Source: a virus | IMG/VR virus record: IMGVR_UViG_3300031087_000014 | Length of the DNA: 64,000 nucleotides | Strand: one strand, 5' to 3' | Part shown: one piece after another, positions 62,865 through 64,000 of the stretch | Position numbering within the stretch: the first letter of the stretch is position 1 | Layout of the letters: each line of letters opens with the position of its first letter | Notes under the pieces: generated by a model | Told to the model about the DNA's origin: nothing | Databases searched by the model: none | What the model saw: only the letters and a program-made list of their open reading frames with translations | Program-made: the position numbers and the translations under genes

Positions 62865-63061
62865 TGCATACTGTTCCCGATTTTGAGGTCGGGAATATCG
62901 TCAAGCTACTATCTGGCGGTGTTCCAATGACTGTTCAAGAAGTCTTCGATAATATGTGTAGTGTTATCTGGATGGATTTGAAAGGCGAGATGAAAACTAC
63001 TCGCGTTTATAAATCTGTGTTACGGCATCTGAATGACGAGGAGTATCAATGGAACAAGTAA
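62864..63061 (+). CDS. YodC/DUF2158-like protein
   Basis: F.VG.IVKL.SGG.PMTV...C.W. Confidence 0.7.
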   Translation: MHTVPDFEVGNIVKLLSGGVPMTVQEVFDNMCSVIWMDLKGEMKTTRVYKSVLRHLNDEEYQWNK

Positions 63062-64000
63062 AAACAACCCTATATGCTTTAAACAAAGATGAAAGCTTTC
63101 AACAGTGGAAGGTATTCACTGTGGGCAGCACTATTGTTGTAGAGTTTGGGAAACTCGGTGGTAAGATTCAAGTTAAGCGCACGGAAGCTAAACCTAAGAA
63201 TGTAGGTCGAGCAAATGAAACAACAGCCGAGCAGCAAGCAGTACTGGAAGCTATTTCTAAATGGGAAAAGCAGGTTCGTACTGGATACCGTGAATCTACC
63301 GAAGAGCTTGAAACTGTCGAGCAATTCTCTCCGATGCTTGCTCACGATGGGAATAAGCGTAGCCACGATATTGTGTATCCTTGTTATGTTCAGCCGAAGC
63401 TGGATGGTTTACGTTGCCTGGTTACTTTTGATGTATTTGGTAATCCTATTTTCAATAGTCGTGGAAATAAGACATACCCAATCCAAGGAAAGATAGCCGA
63501 ACAAATGACAGAGTTGCGTGACAAGACGATGAATACGATCTTTGAAAATCGCACACCGATGTTTGATGGTGAAGTTTATCTACACGGGCTGAGCCTACAA
63601 AAGATTGTAGCTCTGGCTAAGAAGTGGCGTACTCACGATGAAATTGAGATCGAAATTGATAAGGATTTCGAGGCAGATAAGAAACGTCGAGCAAAAGCTA
63701 TTGCAGCAGGGGAAACTGTATGGAAGAACTTTGCTAAGCGCGAGATTAGCGTGGAAGTAGAGCCAGTACGTGACACTGATCGATACAATGGTTATGAGAG
63801 TGCGGATCTCCAGTTCCATATCTTCGATATTCCTGATTCGAAGAAGAAATGGTACGTCCCTAAACCAGATGACCAGGTAGAATGGGCTGATAGTCGATAC
63901 ACTGATCTATTCCTCATTGGGCTGGAAGCTAGTGGTATGTCTCACTTACGTTTTGTTAAAGGTAAGGTGTTAGAGACAGAAGAGGCTGTTAAGCTTTACA
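63049..64000 (+). CDS. ATP-dependent DNA ligase (partial, runs off window)
   Basis: ATG 63049 after GAGGAG; PMLAH, YVQPKLDGLRC, SRG, FDGEVY.HG, FHIFD; absent from the ORF track because there is no stop in the window. Confidence 0.9.
   Translation, partial: MEQVKTTLYALNKDESFQQWKVFTVGSTIVVEFGKLGGKIQVKRTEAKPKNVGRANETTAEQQAVLEAISKWEKQVRTGYRESTEELETVEQFSPMLAHDGNKRSHDIVYPCYVQPKLDGLRCLVTFDVFGNPIFNSRGNKTYPIQGKIAEQMTELRDKTMNTIFENRTPMFDGEVYLHGLSLQKIVALAKKWRTHDEIEIEIDKDFEADKKRRAKAIAAGETVWKNFAKREISVEVEPVRDTDRYNGYESADLQFHIFDIPDSKKKWYVPKPDDQVEWADSRYTDLFLIGLEASGMSHLRFVKGKVLETEEAVKLY

Noticed and set aside
490-63819. Numerous antisense or alternate-frame ORFs of 60-165 aa within long genes
   Set aside because: Shadow ORFs of well-supported genes, with no RBS or recognisable motifs.
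63079-63819. Three short track ORFs at the window end
   Set aside because: The region is occupied by the + strand DNA ligase ORF starting at 63049.
1-64000. CRISPR array, rRNA, integrase or IS elements
   Set aside because: No regularly spaced direct repeats, rRNA-like sequence, recombinase or transposase motifs were seen.

Overview
Central 64 kb of a large lytic myovirus genome (Caudoviricetes). Gene content and order resemble phi92/rV5-type Enterobacterales phages; this is an inference, no search was run. Layout: (i) 1-18.7 kb, + strand early/replication block with an SprT-like protein, TelA, vWA and TerD (Ter-type) proteins, a cell-wall hydrolase, four glycosyltransferases, an HNH endonuclease, primase-helicase, family A DNA polymerase, a nucleotidyltransferase and an SSB-like protein; (ii) 18.7-45.8 kb, - strand morphogenesis block (tailspike, fibres, baseplate, tape measure, frameshifted tail chaperone, tube, sheath, neck, capsid, portal, intein-containing large terminase, spanins); (iii) 46.1-51.4 kb, - strand RNA island with about 21 tRNA genes, several CCA-ended tRNA-like non-tRNAs, structured spacers and a full-consensus type I hammerhead ribozyme; (iv) 52-55.7 kb, NAMPT-like plus PRPP-synthetase-like pair (NARP1-type NAD+ reconstitution); (v) 55.7-56.1 kb, divergent junction with four strand-specific GAA-triloop/tandem-GA hairpins; (vi) 56-64 kb, + strand block with an RNA end-healing/sealing cluster (cyclic-phosphate receiver, phosphoesterase, Rnl2, Rnl1, kinase) and a partial DNA ligase. 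The best candidate for a new system is the ribozyme-containing tRNA/tRNA-mimic operon together with the RNA repair enzymes. The tetramer CATG was not found in any region inspected by eye. All RNA folds and family assignments were made by eye.
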